From Patescibacteria group bacterium (GTDB lineage Bacteria > Patescibacteriota > UBA1384 > XYA2-FULL-43-10), in assembly GCA_041674405.1 (NCBI GenBank), contig JBAYVT010000004.1:10599-74598 (forward strand): a DNA stretch of 64,000 nucleotides. The letters run 5' to 3'. The position numbers were made by a program, and so were the translations under genes. Below the pieces are notes generated by a model that made no database searches, was not told where the DNA came from, and was given only the letters and a program-made list of their open reading frames with translations. The stretch's first letter is position 1; each line of letters opens with the position of its first letter. Positions 1 to 10,115 of this stretch are shown piece by piece.

Positions 1-3000
1 CGGCGGGTACTGAATAAAAGGTTGAGGCGGAACTCTGATTATTAAATTCAGTTTGAATCCAGGGCTGAGTACGAATAGTTGAAGAAGCGGTAAAATTTTC
101 AAACTTTGCGCCTGTTTGCGATCCTCCCCAACTATTGTGTGCCCTCTGCCCTATGCCCACGTCTATCGCTCCTGTTGCATTTGGATCTCCATTCACCGTT
201 GGATGGGCAACGTCTGAGCCATCGATATAGAACTTCATCGAATTCCCTGAAGGCGAGAAAGTGAGAGAAACAAAATGCCAACCCGTTGTAAGGACATTCC
301 CAGCACCTACCCATCCGTTAACATTGTCGTAATAAGAAATTTCAGCATTGTTATAGTCCCACTCATACGAAACGGTGGAATCATTCGAATATCGACTAAT
401 AATTTGGTGGATGCCGTCTGAAACACTTGGAAAATAAACCATTCCTTCAAAGGTTTTGTCTTGAGCGTTAAGATTAAGCGAATCACTGCTGCCGACATTA
501 ATTGTTTGACCTGCGGTATATTGCTGCGACTTTCCGTAAAGGCCGTCGGCTTGAACAGGAGTATTTGCGCCCGATTTGCTACCTGTGTTGCCGTTTCCGC
601 TTGAATCAGAAATAGTTGAAGTCGTCACATCGTTCATGTGCCAGACACCGGCATAACCGTTTGACCATACTCCCTGTTTCCAGGAGGCTGGCGGGGCAAC
701 CGCCCCAGTATTACCCCAGTAAAGCTTAAAAACAGTATCGCTATCGCTCGAAAGACCGTCAGCCTTGAACCAGAGTTCCATTTTTTTGTTACCCGTATCA
801 AGAGAAACTAGCTCGTGATTCATTAGTAAGGTATCGTCGTGGTTCATTATCCTGATATCTTTGCCATCGGCCGCGACCTGGCTCCAAAACAAAGCCGGGA
901 TATTGGCCTCGGTGACAAGAACGGGGAAGTCGGCAACTCCGCCTGTACCAACCTTCGTGTGGTCAATCGTAATCGTGGTGTTATAATCCCAACTAGTCGG
1001 AGGAATGGGTATGGCTGTAAAGTCTTTTCCTGTGAGATCAGCTCCGGAAACCGTCGCACTCAAAGTTGCCGGGGTAAATGTGTAAGCTGTCTTGGTTGGG
1101 GTCAAAGTGTAGGTTCCATCGGGTACACCTGTAATCGTATAAGCTCCATTTTCGTCAGTATCATCGGATCTGGTACCATCAGACACAGTAACGCCAGAAA
1201 TGCCAGTGCTAGACCAGTCGAGTATTGTGCCTGAGATGCTGTACGATGGCTCCTCGGCAACTGCAAAATCGGTGTCGGGCACATCTGATCCGCTCAATGC
1301 AACGTCGGTACTGGTGGGCGAGAATGTTAGCCCTTCTATGGTTGGAGTGACAGTCCATGTCATACCGCTAAGCAAAGGCGGACTCGTGTAATTACCGCCG
1401 CCATCGGCAGTAACATGAATTGTGGTTTGGCCAGAAGCGCTGAAAGCCACATCTGCCCCCGCTGCCTGGCTTGACGCTAGATATCTGACAATTACTATAC
1501 CTGAGCCACCGTGCCCGCCAGCATAACTGCCCGAGTCAGCACCTGAACCACCGCCTCCGCCGCCAGTATTTGCCGTTCCGTCGGTTCCGTTTTGAGCCGA
1601 TATGCTCCCGGCTCCGCCACCACCTTTTCCTCCAGCTTTGGCACTTCCACCACGATCTGTCCTCGCTCCTCCTCCGCCACCTCCGGCGATCCATCTTGTT
1701 CCTGAAATATCAACGCCGGCATTAGCTGCTGTGAGCAAGCTTGAATATGTTGACAAGCCATCTCCGCCAGCACCGGCAGTATCTCCAGATGCATTTCCTC
1801 CTACAGCGCCTGCGCCACCTCCTCCTGCTCCTCCCCAACCATATGCCGATGTTTCATCACCTCCATCATTACCTTGGTTTGCAGTACCAGAACCACCACT
1901 ACCATAAGTAGTACCATCACTAGCGCTTCCGCCACCGCCACTACCACCATTACTACCTGCTGTTCCAGAATACGGCCAAGTACTAGTTGTTCTTGATCCA
2001 CCACCGCCACCACCTACAGCCGTCAAGGTGTCGACGACAGAATTTTCGCCACTTTCCCCAGGAAGTCCTCCTCCCGCTTGCGCATTCCCGGCTCCTCCCA
2101 AACCGACAGTAACTGGATATGATCCAGCTGAAAATGAATGGGAGCTTTCATGCAATAATCCTCCAGCACCACCGCCACCAGCGAAATATCCGCCGCCGCC
2201 GCCGCCAGCCACTAAGAGAACCTCTGCTTCTGCGGCTTCGGAGACGACAAGCGTGTCATCGGATTTAAAGGTGCGGATAGTGTATGCACCATCATAGATA
2301 ACTGTTCCGCCACTCATAGGATCGGATCCTGCAGCAACGGTTCCGCTAATAATGTTAGCTGCTACTGCAGTGGAATCTTGCCCTGTTACATTTGCATTGG
2401 TGATAGAAATATCTGATATGGTAGCGGGGGTAAAGCCATAATTAGTCTTGCTGAAAGCGAGATTATAGGTGCCAGGAACTAATGGTGTCGTGGTAAATGT
2501 GCCGTTAGCGGCCGTAGTGGCAGTTGCGCTTGAGGTGCCAGTAACCGAAACCGTAACTCCCGACAATCCGTTGCCACCGTAGGTAACGGTTCCTGATATA
2601 GTCCATCCATCTGGATCCCCATCAGTGACAGTTGGGGCTGGGGCAGCTGCTAGTGCCCATGTGCCCTGATCTGGAGTGGCAGCATTGGCATCTTTATAAA
2701 CATCTGTCATCGTCATTGGATCTTGTATATACCAGTCGCTACCGCTCTGGTAGAGCATGCCCATATAGTCCGTTTTCATATATTGGCCAGGACCGACAGA
2801 ATCATACTGTCCGTTAAAATTTGTATTCCCTGCGCCGGCGACCAAATAGCCAGTACCACTAACTGTTACCGAAGTTGGTGCCGGGCTATCGCTTCCTGCA
2901 ATTACCCAAGTACCAAGTGGCGAAGATGAGTTATTCGTATAAGTTCCCAATGTACCAGGCCCACCCATGTTGTAATAGATCGAATATGTTCCCGTCCAGT

Positions 3001-3748
3001 TAGCATCTCCAAGTTCCCAGTAAGAATTAGAAGCATTATAATAGTACGCTATGCCATTCGAATTCATGCCTGTCATATTAGCATCAAAAACATAATTCCC
3101 ATTTGCCGCGCTAATCCCTGCGCCGCTGACGACATAAAGCGATGATTTTCTGGTAACAGTCGGCGCGCTACCGGGACTGTTGGCAGTCCAGCTACCATCT
3201 TGGGGATTTGCTGAATTTGTATAATACAGCATGTACATCCCATTAGGATCCATAACTTGCCATTGGCCGTAATTTTGAAGCACAAAGTTACTACTATTCA
3301 TGTAGTAGCCGCCTCTGTCTGTGTATGTCCCATTTACCTCCGAGTATCCCGCACCTGAAGCAACATAGTCTGATCCATTAAGAGTAAAGGTCGGTGCTGT
3401 GCCCCAATAAGAACTCCATGATCCGACAGGAGTGTCACCGGTTGTTGTGAACATTTTTAGGCCTGATTGTTCGGAAAGAACCCAGTCACTGCCTGATTTG
3501 GTTATAGTACCCTGGCCCATCATGCCAGACATTGTATAAGGACCATCGTCTGTGCCATAATAAAAACCATCCAAATTCATGGTTCCGGAAATCGAGTAAA
3601 GGTGGTTTGTCGCTGCCTTCACCGGCTTAGGCGCAATAGAATTATAGCCCCACAAGCCAATCCCAAATGAGAAAAATAACAAAAATAAATAATGAGCCCA
3701 CTTTGCCCCGCTCCACAAATGCCATCTGTAATACCATTGAAACTTCAT
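1..3748 (-). CDS. Large secreted Gly/Thr/Ser-rich surface protein, 3'-truncated by the window start (more than 1240 aa visible). The N-terminal part resembles DUF2341 with a LamG/concanavalin-like region, followed by GGxGG-rich repeats.
   Basis: Read by hand as a continuous minus-strand frame (end mod 3 = 1) that starts at ATG 3748; an in-frame ATG at about 3839 is an alternative start. A hydrophobic signal-like N-terminus (MKFQWYYRWHLW...LFLLFFSFGIGLW) is followed by long GGGGxG/AGGxG runs. The ORF track lists only short ORFs in the other two minus frames, and Pro-rich plus-strand ORFs that mirror GGN codons, consistent with one long frame that has no stop inside the window. Domain assignment is from motif memory, not a search. 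Confidence 0.6.
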   Translation of the reverse strand, partial: MKFQWYYRWHLWSGAKWAHYLFLLFFSFGIGLWGYNSIAPKPVKAATNHLYSISGTMNLDGFYYGTDDGPYTMSGMMGQGTITKSGSDWVLSEQSGLKMFTTTGDTPVGSWSSYWGTAPTFTLNGSDYVASGAGYSEVNGTYTDRGGYYMNSSNFVLQNYGQWQVMDPNGMYMLYYTNSANPQDGSWTANSPGSAPTVTRKSSLYVVSGAGISAANGNYVFDANMTGMNSNGIAYYYNASNSYWELGDANWTGTYSIYYNMGGPGTLGTYTNNSSSPLGTWVIAGSDSPAPTSVTVSGTGYLVAGAGNTNFNGQYDSVGPGQYMKTDYMGMLYQSGSDWYIQDPMTMTDVYKDANAATPDQGTWALAAAPAPTVTDGDPDGWTISGTVTYGGNGLSGVTVSVTGTSSATATTAANGTFTTTPLVPGTYNLAFSKTNYGFTPATISDISITNANVTGQDSTAVAANIISGTVAAGSDPMSGGTVIYDGAYTIRTFKSDDTLVVSEAAEAEVLLVAGGGGGGYFAGGGGAGGLLHESSHSFSAGSYPVTVGLGGAGNAQAGGGLPGESGENSVVDTLTAVGGGGGGSRTTSTWPYSGTAGSNGGSGGGGSASDGTTYGSGGSGTANQGNDGGDETSAYGWGGAGGGGAGAVGGNASGDTAGAGGDGLSTYSSLLTAANAGVDISGTRWIAGGGGGGARTDRGGSAKAGGKGGGGAGSISAQNGTDGTANTGGGGGGSGADSGSYAGGHGGSGIVIVRYLASSQAAGADVAFSASGQTTIHVTADGGGNYTSPPLLSGMTWTVTPTIEGLTFSPTSTDVALSGSDVPDTDFAVAEEPSYSISGTILDWSSTGISGVTVSDGTRSDDTDENGAYTITGVPDGTYTLTPTKTAYTFTPATLSATVSGADLTGKDFTAIPIPPTSWDYNTTITIDHTKVGTGGVADFPVLVTEANIPALFWSQVAADGKDIRIMNHDDTLLMNHELVSLDTGNKKMELWFKADGLSSDSDTVFKLYWGNTGAVAPPASWKQGVWSNGYAGVWHMNDVTTSTISDSSGNGNTGSKSGANTPVQADGLYGKSQQYTAGQTINVGSSDSLNLNAQDKTFEGMVYFPSVSDGIHQIISRYSNDSTVSYEWDYNNAEISYYDNVNGWVGAGNVLTTGWHFVSLTFSPSGNSMKFYIDGSDVAHPTVNGDPNATGAIDVGIGQRAHNSWGGSQTGAKFENFTASSTIRTQPWIQTEFNNQSSASTFYSVPA

Positions 3749-4209
3749 CCGGCAAAAATTGTGTGCAGGTTCTAAGTGCGGGATTAATGTTCTCGTACTT
3801 TTTTGAATTTTCATAATTTCATCATCCAATTCCATGATTGTCATTCCGCAACGCTTGCTCCGATATTTTAATATTTTTGATCGCAGCAAAATCTCTCATT
3901 TTATTTTGCACAACAAAATAATGGGCGTGAAATACGCTTTTCCCAAAATAAGTAAATTGTATTCGGATTTACTATCACCGCCCCTCGCAAAATTGCACTC
4001 GATAACACACAAGAAAAGTGAGAAACTCGCTTTAGAACTCGATGGACTCCCTCCATCATGTTTTCATTATATAGTATGCCCAGCTATTGGACAACCAATA
4101 TTATCAAGATTTTATTCAAAAAATTATCTGTAGCGCAACAAAATTGGCAAGAGCAATAAAAACACTTTTAAAAAGCGGAAAACAAGAAATAAGCAAATCT
4201 CTTCGAAAA

Positions 4210-4761
4210 TTATTTCAATGAAATAGACACATCGCCCGTATTGATGTTCCCGGTAGAGTTGTTAAATAAAATCGTATTTGAACCAGTGTTCACATTCACA
4301 CTGACATTCTGGTTTGAATATATTTTTTTGGTGACTTGCGTAAAAATTGCATCGGAAACATAGACAGTCGCTTTGTTTATATTGACTGAATTTGGCCCTG
4401 TTAAATCATTTTTGAATGTAAAAGTATTGCCTGGAGCATCGCGATCAATGACTATAAGTTCACGCGCATAAACCTGCGCCGGTAGGAAATCTTGGAAGTG
4501 GTGATGTTTTCTCATCAACCCCTGGTCCTGGAAAAAAACGGCGTTTGTGTCGATTACAATCAGATTTTCCAAATTTGTTTTCATTTGAATATCACAGCCG
4601 TCTCTGTGGCAATGGCTGTGAATCCGAGTTTTGACATCCGAACTGGCAGCATATGCGTTTGGCATAGCCACCACTATCAATACCAGAGTGACAAAAGTAG
4701 CCAGAACAACTCTCGCTATTTTCTGTAAATAAACCATTCGGTTCACCTCCTTCCGTAGCAA
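4210..4761 (-). CDS. Secreted hypothetical protein (N-terminal signal peptide, Asn/Thr-rich C-terminus)
   Basis: 183-aa ORF with a hydrophobic N-terminal segment ending AYAASS (signal-peptidase-like site). No recognisable catalytic motif. The real start is probably the internal Met (MVYLQKI...). Confidence 0.45.
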   Translation of the reverse strand: MLRKEVNRMVYLQKIARVVLATFVTLVLIVVAMPNAYAASSDVKTRIHSHCHRDGCDIQMKTNLENLIVIDTNAVFFQDQGLMRKHHHFQDFLPAQVYARELIVIDRDAPGNTFTFKNDLTGPNSVNINKATVYVSDAIFTQVTKKIYSNQNVSVNVNTGSNTILFNNSTGNINTGDVSISLK

Positions 4762-4917
4762 AAATAAAAAACGCCATAAGTTTACCCGACGGCGCTCAAT
4801 ATTCCTATGGATTTATTTACTATCTCAACCTTTTAATCTTGAATGCAAGTTCGAGGATTTTAAGATTTTGGGTGTATTTTTGACTTTTGTCCGCCAGCTA
4901 GCGGATTGACTTTTGAG

Positions 4918-5619
4918 CTATCCGCGCGTATACACTTCTGCGTGGTTTGATACCCCAAAAGACTTTCCGAGATATTCGTTTAGGGCAAGCATCGCTTCAT
5001 CGTATTTTTTGACTCTAAGCTGGCTTTTGTGAGAGCGCGCAGCCTCTTTTTTTATTTCGATATACTGGTCTATTGGAAAAATAATATTGGGCTTGCCAAT
5101 TCCCCACACACTGTAATACCACACTTCCGGCTTTTCCTTAAGCTTGGAATAAGCGGTAAAAAAATGTTTATGGATCACCACGTGATCCGGGTGCCAATCT
5201 GATTTATCCGGCACCAAAATTAAATCAATTGGGCGGGTTGCAATTTCCTCAAGTATCCGAACCCAAAGATCAGAATTTGCCGGGGAATCATCTTTAAGCC
5301 GAAGAAAGTTTACTTCGGAGTGCCCGAGCACCCGCACCGCTGAAACGGCTTCTTTTTCGCGGGCATCAATCAATGATTCATCTCGCGAGCCAATCTTGTT
5401 TCCTTTTGCGCCATCAAAAAAATAGAGGGTTTTAATTTTCGCCCCACCCTGTATTAGGTGTGCAAGCAACCCTCCGCAGCTAAAAACATCATCATCGGGA
5501 TGAGGAGAGAGCACAAGAACATGGCCTGCTATCACATGGTCAACTACTTTTGCAGAAAGCCATGACCTCGCAGCAGAATGAACTAGGTCTTCTTCTTTTT
5601 TATGGTGAACATGAAACAT
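4918..5619 (-). CDS. PIG-L/LmbE family N-acetylglucosaminyl deacetylase
   Basis: Carries the LVLSPHPDDDVFSCGG metal-binding motif (the HPDD signature of the LmbE/PIG-L family) and is 233 aa long. Confidence 0.8.
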   Translation of the reverse strand: MFHVHHKKEEDLVHSAARSWLSAKVVDHVIAGHVLVLSPHPDDDVFSCGGLLAHLIQGGAKIKTLYFFDGAKGNKIGSRDESLIDAREKEAVSAVRVLGHSEVNFLRLKDDSPANSDLWVRILEEIATRPIDLILVPDKSDWHPDHVVIHKHFFTAYSKLKEKPEVWYYSVWGIGKPNIIFPIDQYIEIKKEAARSHKSQLRVKKYDEAMLALNEYLGKSFGVSNHAEVYTRG

Positions 5620-5907
5620 GGCAACCCAAGAATTACGAATTAAGAATTACGAATTAAGGTTTTGGATTTTTTTATTAATCCATTTGTCATTTTACTTAAC
5701 TCGACTGTTTTTAACGCCAATCCTTTAAAGCAAATGTCAGTAATAAAATTGACATCTTTAGCAATAATTAATTGGTTTTGTACTTCAGTCAAAGATCCCA
5801 AGGAAATCGAATAAAAGTTTGCTTTATCCTTTGATTCTTAATTCTTGCTTCTTGATTCATCTTGACTGATTTATGATACTTGATTCTTAAAATATGCGGA
5901 GGAAGAT

Positions 5908-7110
5908 TTAAAATTTATCTCTAGCTAACTTTTGGTACACTTCTTCAATTTGTCCAACGACTATCCTCCAGTCATATTTTTTTGCCGTTTCCTTCCCTTC
6001 TCGAGCTAGCTTCGCAGCTAACGCCGGATGTCCGATAATTTCAATTACTGCCTGCGCAATTTGGCTTGGGCTTTCTGCTTTAATCATTATCCCGTTTTTT
6101 CGGTCGGATACGATGTCAGCAATTCCACCCACTTTTGTTGCGATGACTGGCACTCCTGTGCTCATGGCCTCCAAAACAACAATGCCAAATGTTTCTGAGA
6201 TTGACGGCAAAACAAAAACATTCCATCTTTTCATATATTTTGTTGGATTGTCGATCCTACCAAGCAAAGTCACGTGTTTTTGTAATTTGGCATTTGTAAT
6301 TTGTAATTTGAGCGCCTCACGCTCTTCGCCCTCACCAATAATTTCAAGAGTGGCAAGGGGAAATTTTTTTATTATCTCCGGCATGGCAGCAATCAAATAT
6401 TCTTGTCCTTTCTGTAAATTCAGGTTTCCGATATTGCCAATAATCGGAGGTTGATGCCCGTGCCTAGCCTGAATGTTGCAAGCTGAGAGCTGCAAGCTTT
6501 TAGTGTCGATCCCGTTTGGAACAACCATAACTCTTTTGGCTGGAGCCATCTTATTTTTTATAAGAAAATCCGCAACGGCATTTGAAACTGCAATTATGGC
6601 ATCCGTTCGATAATTTAAAATACGCAGGGCTCTTTTCTGCAGCCATTCATTGACCCTGTTTTCAAGATGGTATGATTCATTCCAAATATGTTCGGTATAT
6701 ACTTGATATACGCCTTTTGGTGCTGCTCTGCGTCCGATAAAACCCGCTCTCGGCCCGTGCGTATGAACTATCATCGGGCGAAATGGGTTATCGCGAGTCT
6801 GAATTTCCGAAAGGATTTTTTCCAACCTGGATTTCGCAGAAAAATCAAACTTTGATCTGAATTTTATTTCGAGAACATGAATGCCATCAATTTCGCGAAC
6901 CTTTCCTGAAAGAATTCCGGGCGAACATACCAAAAAAGGCTCGAACTTTTTCTGGTCGATATTTTTAAGAAGGCCAAGAACATGGGCTTCCCCGCCCCCA
7001 AAACCGCTGTCCGCGATAATCTGTACTACTTTCATGCGTTTATCAACTTCTTTCGCTTCTGTATCGGCGGCCATTTTTTTAACGCGTTCTTTCGAAGTTT
7101 CTTTTACCAC
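5908..7110 (-). CDS. Glycosyltransferase family 4 (GT-B fold); the start may be the internal Met at about 7035
   Basis: Has the GT4-type EX7E region (GEGEEREALK...FVLPSISETFGIVVLEAMSTGVPVIAT) and a C-terminal nucleotide-sugar binding domain. It lies next to the LmbE-like deacetylase. Confidence 0.8.
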   Translation of the reverse strand: MVKETSKERVKKMAADTEAKEVDKRMKVVQIIADSGFGGGEAHVLGLLKNIDQKKFEPFLVCSPGILSGKVREIDGIHVLEIKFRSKFDFSAKSRLEKILSEIQTRDNPFRPMIVHTHGPRAGFIGRRAAPKGVYQVYTEHIWNESYHLENRVNEWLQKRALRILNYRTDAIIAVSNAVADFLIKNKMAPAKRVMVVPNGIDTKSLQLSACNIQARHGHQPPIIGNIGNLNLQKGQEYLIAAMPEIIKKFPLATLEIIGEGEEREALKLQITNAKLQKHVTLLGRIDNPTKYMKRWNVFVLPSISETFGIVVLEAMSTGVPVIATKVGGIADIVSDRKNGIMIKAESPSQIAQAVIEIIGHPALAAKLAREGKETAKKYDWRIVVGQIEEVYQKLARDKF

Positions 7111-7150
7111 AATTCTCCAATGCCAAAATAATCTTTGTCTTAGAAAACTT

Positions 7151-7447
7151 TTATATTGAGATATATTTTGTCGTATACAAAATCACAAAAACCAGCACGT
7201 AAATTATTGCCAGAAACACCCCCAGCGAATGATTGAATCTCTTACTGCCAAGCATCAGGTAACCAAGCGATAACCCGAACAAAATTCCAGAAAAACCAAT
7301 CGTTAGAGTCTCTATCGGGTTTCCCCACATCTGGTTCGCCACTACGTCTAGTACCAACAATAGCAAAGCAAGCAATGACAAAGAAACCGGATTGAACAAA
7401 ACTCCTAACTCGCTTTTAGAACTAGCCTTAGCCATGTTCCCCTCCAA
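7151..7447 (-). CDS. Small integral membrane protein (three predicted TM helices), hypothetical
   Basis: 98-aa ORF that is almost entirely hydrophobic helices. It fills the gap between the GT4 gene and gltX. Confidence 0.4.
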   Translation of the reverse strand: MEGNMAKASSKSELGVLFNPVSLSLLALLLLVLDVVANQMWGNPIETLTIGFSGILFGLSLGYLMLGSKRFNHSLGVFLAIIYVLVFVILYTTKYISI

Positions 7448-7459
7448 TTATTCGATTAA

Positions 7460-8872
7460 CTATAGACTTCTAATTAATTCTACCGCTTTAGCGATTCGCT
7501 TTAAAGATTCCTCTCTTCCAAGCGCAAACATTAACTCGACGGGCGAGGGTGATTTTTCTTCTCCCGACAAAGCTACGCGAACCGGCCAGAAAACATCACC
7601 ATTGGTCAAATTATTGTCCGAAACAATTGATTCTAACACTCCCTGCAAGCTCTCTGCATCCCATTTACTTTCCGTTTTCAACTTTTCACTTGCCACTTTA
7701 AGCGCGGTAGCTGTTTTCTCTTTATCTGATTTTCTAAAAATTAGAAGAGCTGCCTTGTACTCTGGTTCCTTTCGCAATTTCAAAATATATTCCGCCGCAT
7801 CTCTCAAGGTAACATATCCCCCGCGCCCGATAAGCTCGACTTCACCCGGAATGAGTTCTGCTACACCGAAATCTGCCAAATATTTCGAAATTTGATCTGA
7901 ATTTTTGAGATTTGAAATTTGAGATTTGAGATATTGAGAATTTATTGAATTTAATTTCTCAATATTGAATATCGCCGGCGCCTTGTTCACATTCTCGATC
8001 TTAAATTCTTTTTCAAGTTCAGAAAGTGTGAATATTTCCCGCTCGTCTTTGGGGTTCCAGCCCAGAAGCACCATGAAGTTTACCAGCGCCTCCGGTAAAT
8101 ACCCTTCACCTTTGTAATCAGCGATACTGGTTGCACCGTGGCGTTTCGATAGTTTCTTTTTATCCGGACCGAGGATCATCGACAGGTGTGCGAATTCCGG
8201 CGCTTTCCAGCCCAACATTTCATACAAAATTAAATGTTTCGGCGTTGATGATAGCCACTCCTCCGCCCTGATCACATGAGAAATTTCCATTTCATGATCG
8301 TCGACAATTGAGGCCAAATGATAAGTCGGGTAGCCATCAGATTTCAAGAGAATCTGATCATCCATAAGCGATAGATCGAATTCAACTTTCCCTCGAATCA
8401 GGTCATTTACAACGACTTTTCCGCTTTGGGGCATCTTCATTCTGATCGTATAGCATCCCTCTTTCATATCTTCGAGCTTGAAATTAGCATCCCTGCAGTA
8501 TCCTTCGTACTTGGGCGGGCGTTTCTCCTTGATCTGTTTTTCATGATCTTCGGCAAGCTTCTCCTTCGAACAAGTACATATGTAGGCTTTTCCGGCCCGA
8601 ACAAGATCAAAAGCATGCTTTTTGTAGGTCTCAAGACGCTCGGATTGAATCATAATATTTTTAAGATTGTCAGGCTTGATTCCTAACCACTTCAGAGAAT
8701 CAATAATGCGCTCGGTTGCTCCTTCAACATATCTTTCTCGATCAGTATCTTCAATGCGTAGAAAAAATTCTCCATCCTGACTCTTGGCGAATAGATACTC
8801 AAAAAGAGCTGTTCTTGCAGCACCGATATGCAATTCTCCTGTCGGACTTGGGGCAAATCGAGTTCTTATCAT
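7460..8872 (-). CDS. gltX: Glutamyl-tRNA synthetase
   Basis: N-terminal RFAPSPTGELHIGAART (class I HIGH) and KLSKRHG (KMSKS) motifs, 470 aa. Confidence 0.92.
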   Translation of the reverse strand: MIRTRFAPSPTGELHIGAARTALFEYLFAKSQDGEFFLRIEDTDRERYVEGATERIIDSLKWLGIKPDNLKNIMIQSERLETYKKHAFDLVRAGKAYICTCSKEKLAEDHEKQIKEKRPPKYEGYCRDANFKLEDMKEGCYTIRMKMPQSGKVVVNDLIRGKVEFDLSLMDDQILLKSDGYPTYHLASIVDDHEMEISHVIRAEEWLSSTPKHLILYEMLGWKAPEFAHLSMILGPDKKKLSKRHGATSIADYKGEGYLPEALVNFMVLLGWNPKDEREIFTLSELEKEFKIENVNKAPAIFNIEKLNSINSQYLKSQISNLKNSDQISKYLADFGVAELIPGEVELIGRGGYVTLRDAAEYILKLRKEPEYKAALLIFRKSDKEKTATALKVASEKLKTESKWDAESLQGVLESIVSDNNLTNGDVFWPVRVALSGEEKSPSPVELMFALGREESLKRIAKAVELIRSL

Positions 8873-8995
8873 GCCTTAAGATTACCACAAATGTCTTGCC
8901 ATTGCGAGCAGTCCGCCAGCTGGCGGATGACGAAGCAGCTTTTTAGTATTCATCCTTGTCAAATTGAAGAATCCAGCAATTTGACGATGTAGAAA

Positions 8996-9364
8996 TCACC
9001 CCTCCACCGCCGAGATCAGATGCTCAATATGGGGCGGCTCAACACTTTTGTCAACTCCGATCACGTCTATCCTGATTGTGCGGCTCGGATACTTCTGCTC
9101 GAGGATTCCGGCCAAATTCCGTAGTTTTTCCTGCTTCGCACGCCTCACCAGGTCTTTAGCCGGACCATATCCTTCCCCCTTCACCGTCTTCACTTCTACA
9201 AGAACAACAACTCCGCCGGCTGGCGGATCGAACGCCAATATATCGATTTCTCCGATCGAAAGTTCAATATTCCTGCCCAATATTTTGTATCCAATAGATT
9301 CCAGATAATCACACGCCGACTGCTCCCCTTCATCCCCGGTTTGTCTTTTCTTCGATTTACTCAT
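8996..9364 (-). CDS. YraN/UPF0102 family endonuclease (start likely the internal Met MSKSKK at 9364)
   Basis: GEIDILAF...VVVLVEVKT core typical of the YraN family. Starting at the internal Met removes a 56-bp overlap with the upstream regulator gene. Confidence 0.7.
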   Translation of the reverse strand: MSKSKKRQTGDEGEQSACDYLESIGYKILGRNIELSIGEIDILAFDPPAGGVVVLVEVKTVKGEGYGPAKDLVRRAKQEKLRNLAGILEQKYPSRTIRIDVIGVDKSVEPPHIEHLISAVEG

Positions 9365-10115
9365 ATTTATCTTTCGCAGCTTCCCACAATAGCTCAAATT
9401 TTTGCCTTTCAATTTGCGCGATTGCCGGATTCTCGATCACCGTCGCGAATGGCTCCTTTTCCGAGTGAGCAATGAATACTACTTTATTCGGATAGATCTG
9501 CGTCTCTACGGCCGGATTAAATTGATCTTTCGGCAAGAATCGAGTTCTTCTCATCTCCGCCCGATCATTTCCCAAAGATTTATAATTTTGCTTATCGTCC
9601 GGAAATATCATGCGCAATGAAATTTTTTTCTTAACCCTTTCGGTTACAAAAGCGTCGTTTTCTTCTGGGTTTTGATACCAAAAACCGGGATTTGCTAACA
9701 CCAACCTTTCCCCGCCCTCAGGCCCTTGAAGTCCCTGATAATATACCTGTCTTACACCCTCTAATCCTTCATACAATGAAATGATCGGTTTAGATGGCGA
9801 TTTGCTAGTTAATGCATCAAAAAGGGGCAGAGAATCTCGAAATTGATTTTTCTTCTGTTCTAAGGCGGTTACCAAATTTTCTGGGCTGACTACCGAATAC
9901 ATGGTGTGTGTTAGTTCTGCTGTTCTTGACCCGATTCCCTTATCGATGAATCTGTCAAAAATTTGATAGCATGTTGTGCGTTTGATACAAGATTTACGAT
10001 ATATATTCCACATCGAAGATGGCCCAATCTCACAAGAGGCAAGATACACTCGTGCCTCATTTTCTTCAAATCCAAGTAGTTTTAGTTTTTTTACTAAATT
10101 CCAGTCTGTCGTCAT
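9357..10115 (-). CDS. TrmB-like HTH transcriptional regulator
   Basis: N-terminal LGFEENEARVYLASCEIGPSS winged-helix pattern like TrmB-family regulators. A paralog sits at 35711..36469. Confidence 0.6.
   Translation of the reverse strand: MTTDWNLVKKLKLLGFEENEARVYLASCEIGPSSMWNIYRKSCIKRTTCYQIFDRFIDKGIGSRTAELTHTMYSVVSPENLVTALEQKKNQFRDSLPLFDALTSKSPSKPIISLYEGLEGVRQVYYQGLQGPEGGERLVLANPGFWYQNPEENDAFVTERVKKKISLRMIFPDDKQNYKSLGNDRAEMRRTRFLPKDQFNPAVETQIYPNKVVFIAHSEKEPFATVIENPAIAQIERQKFELLWEAAKDKYE

Noticed and set aside
1602-2297. Pro-rich plus-strand ORFs (101 aa and 89 aa, PPPPxP runs)
   Set aside because: They are the antisense mirror of GGN-rich codons in the long minus-strand Gly-rich surface protein gene and are not independent genes.
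3834-4133. 99-aa plus-strand ORF in the spacer between the surface-protein gene and the secreted-protein gene
   Set aside because: The region is AT-rich with promoter-like character and has no ribosome-binding site. It is more likely a regulatory or leader region for the divergent or flanking genes.
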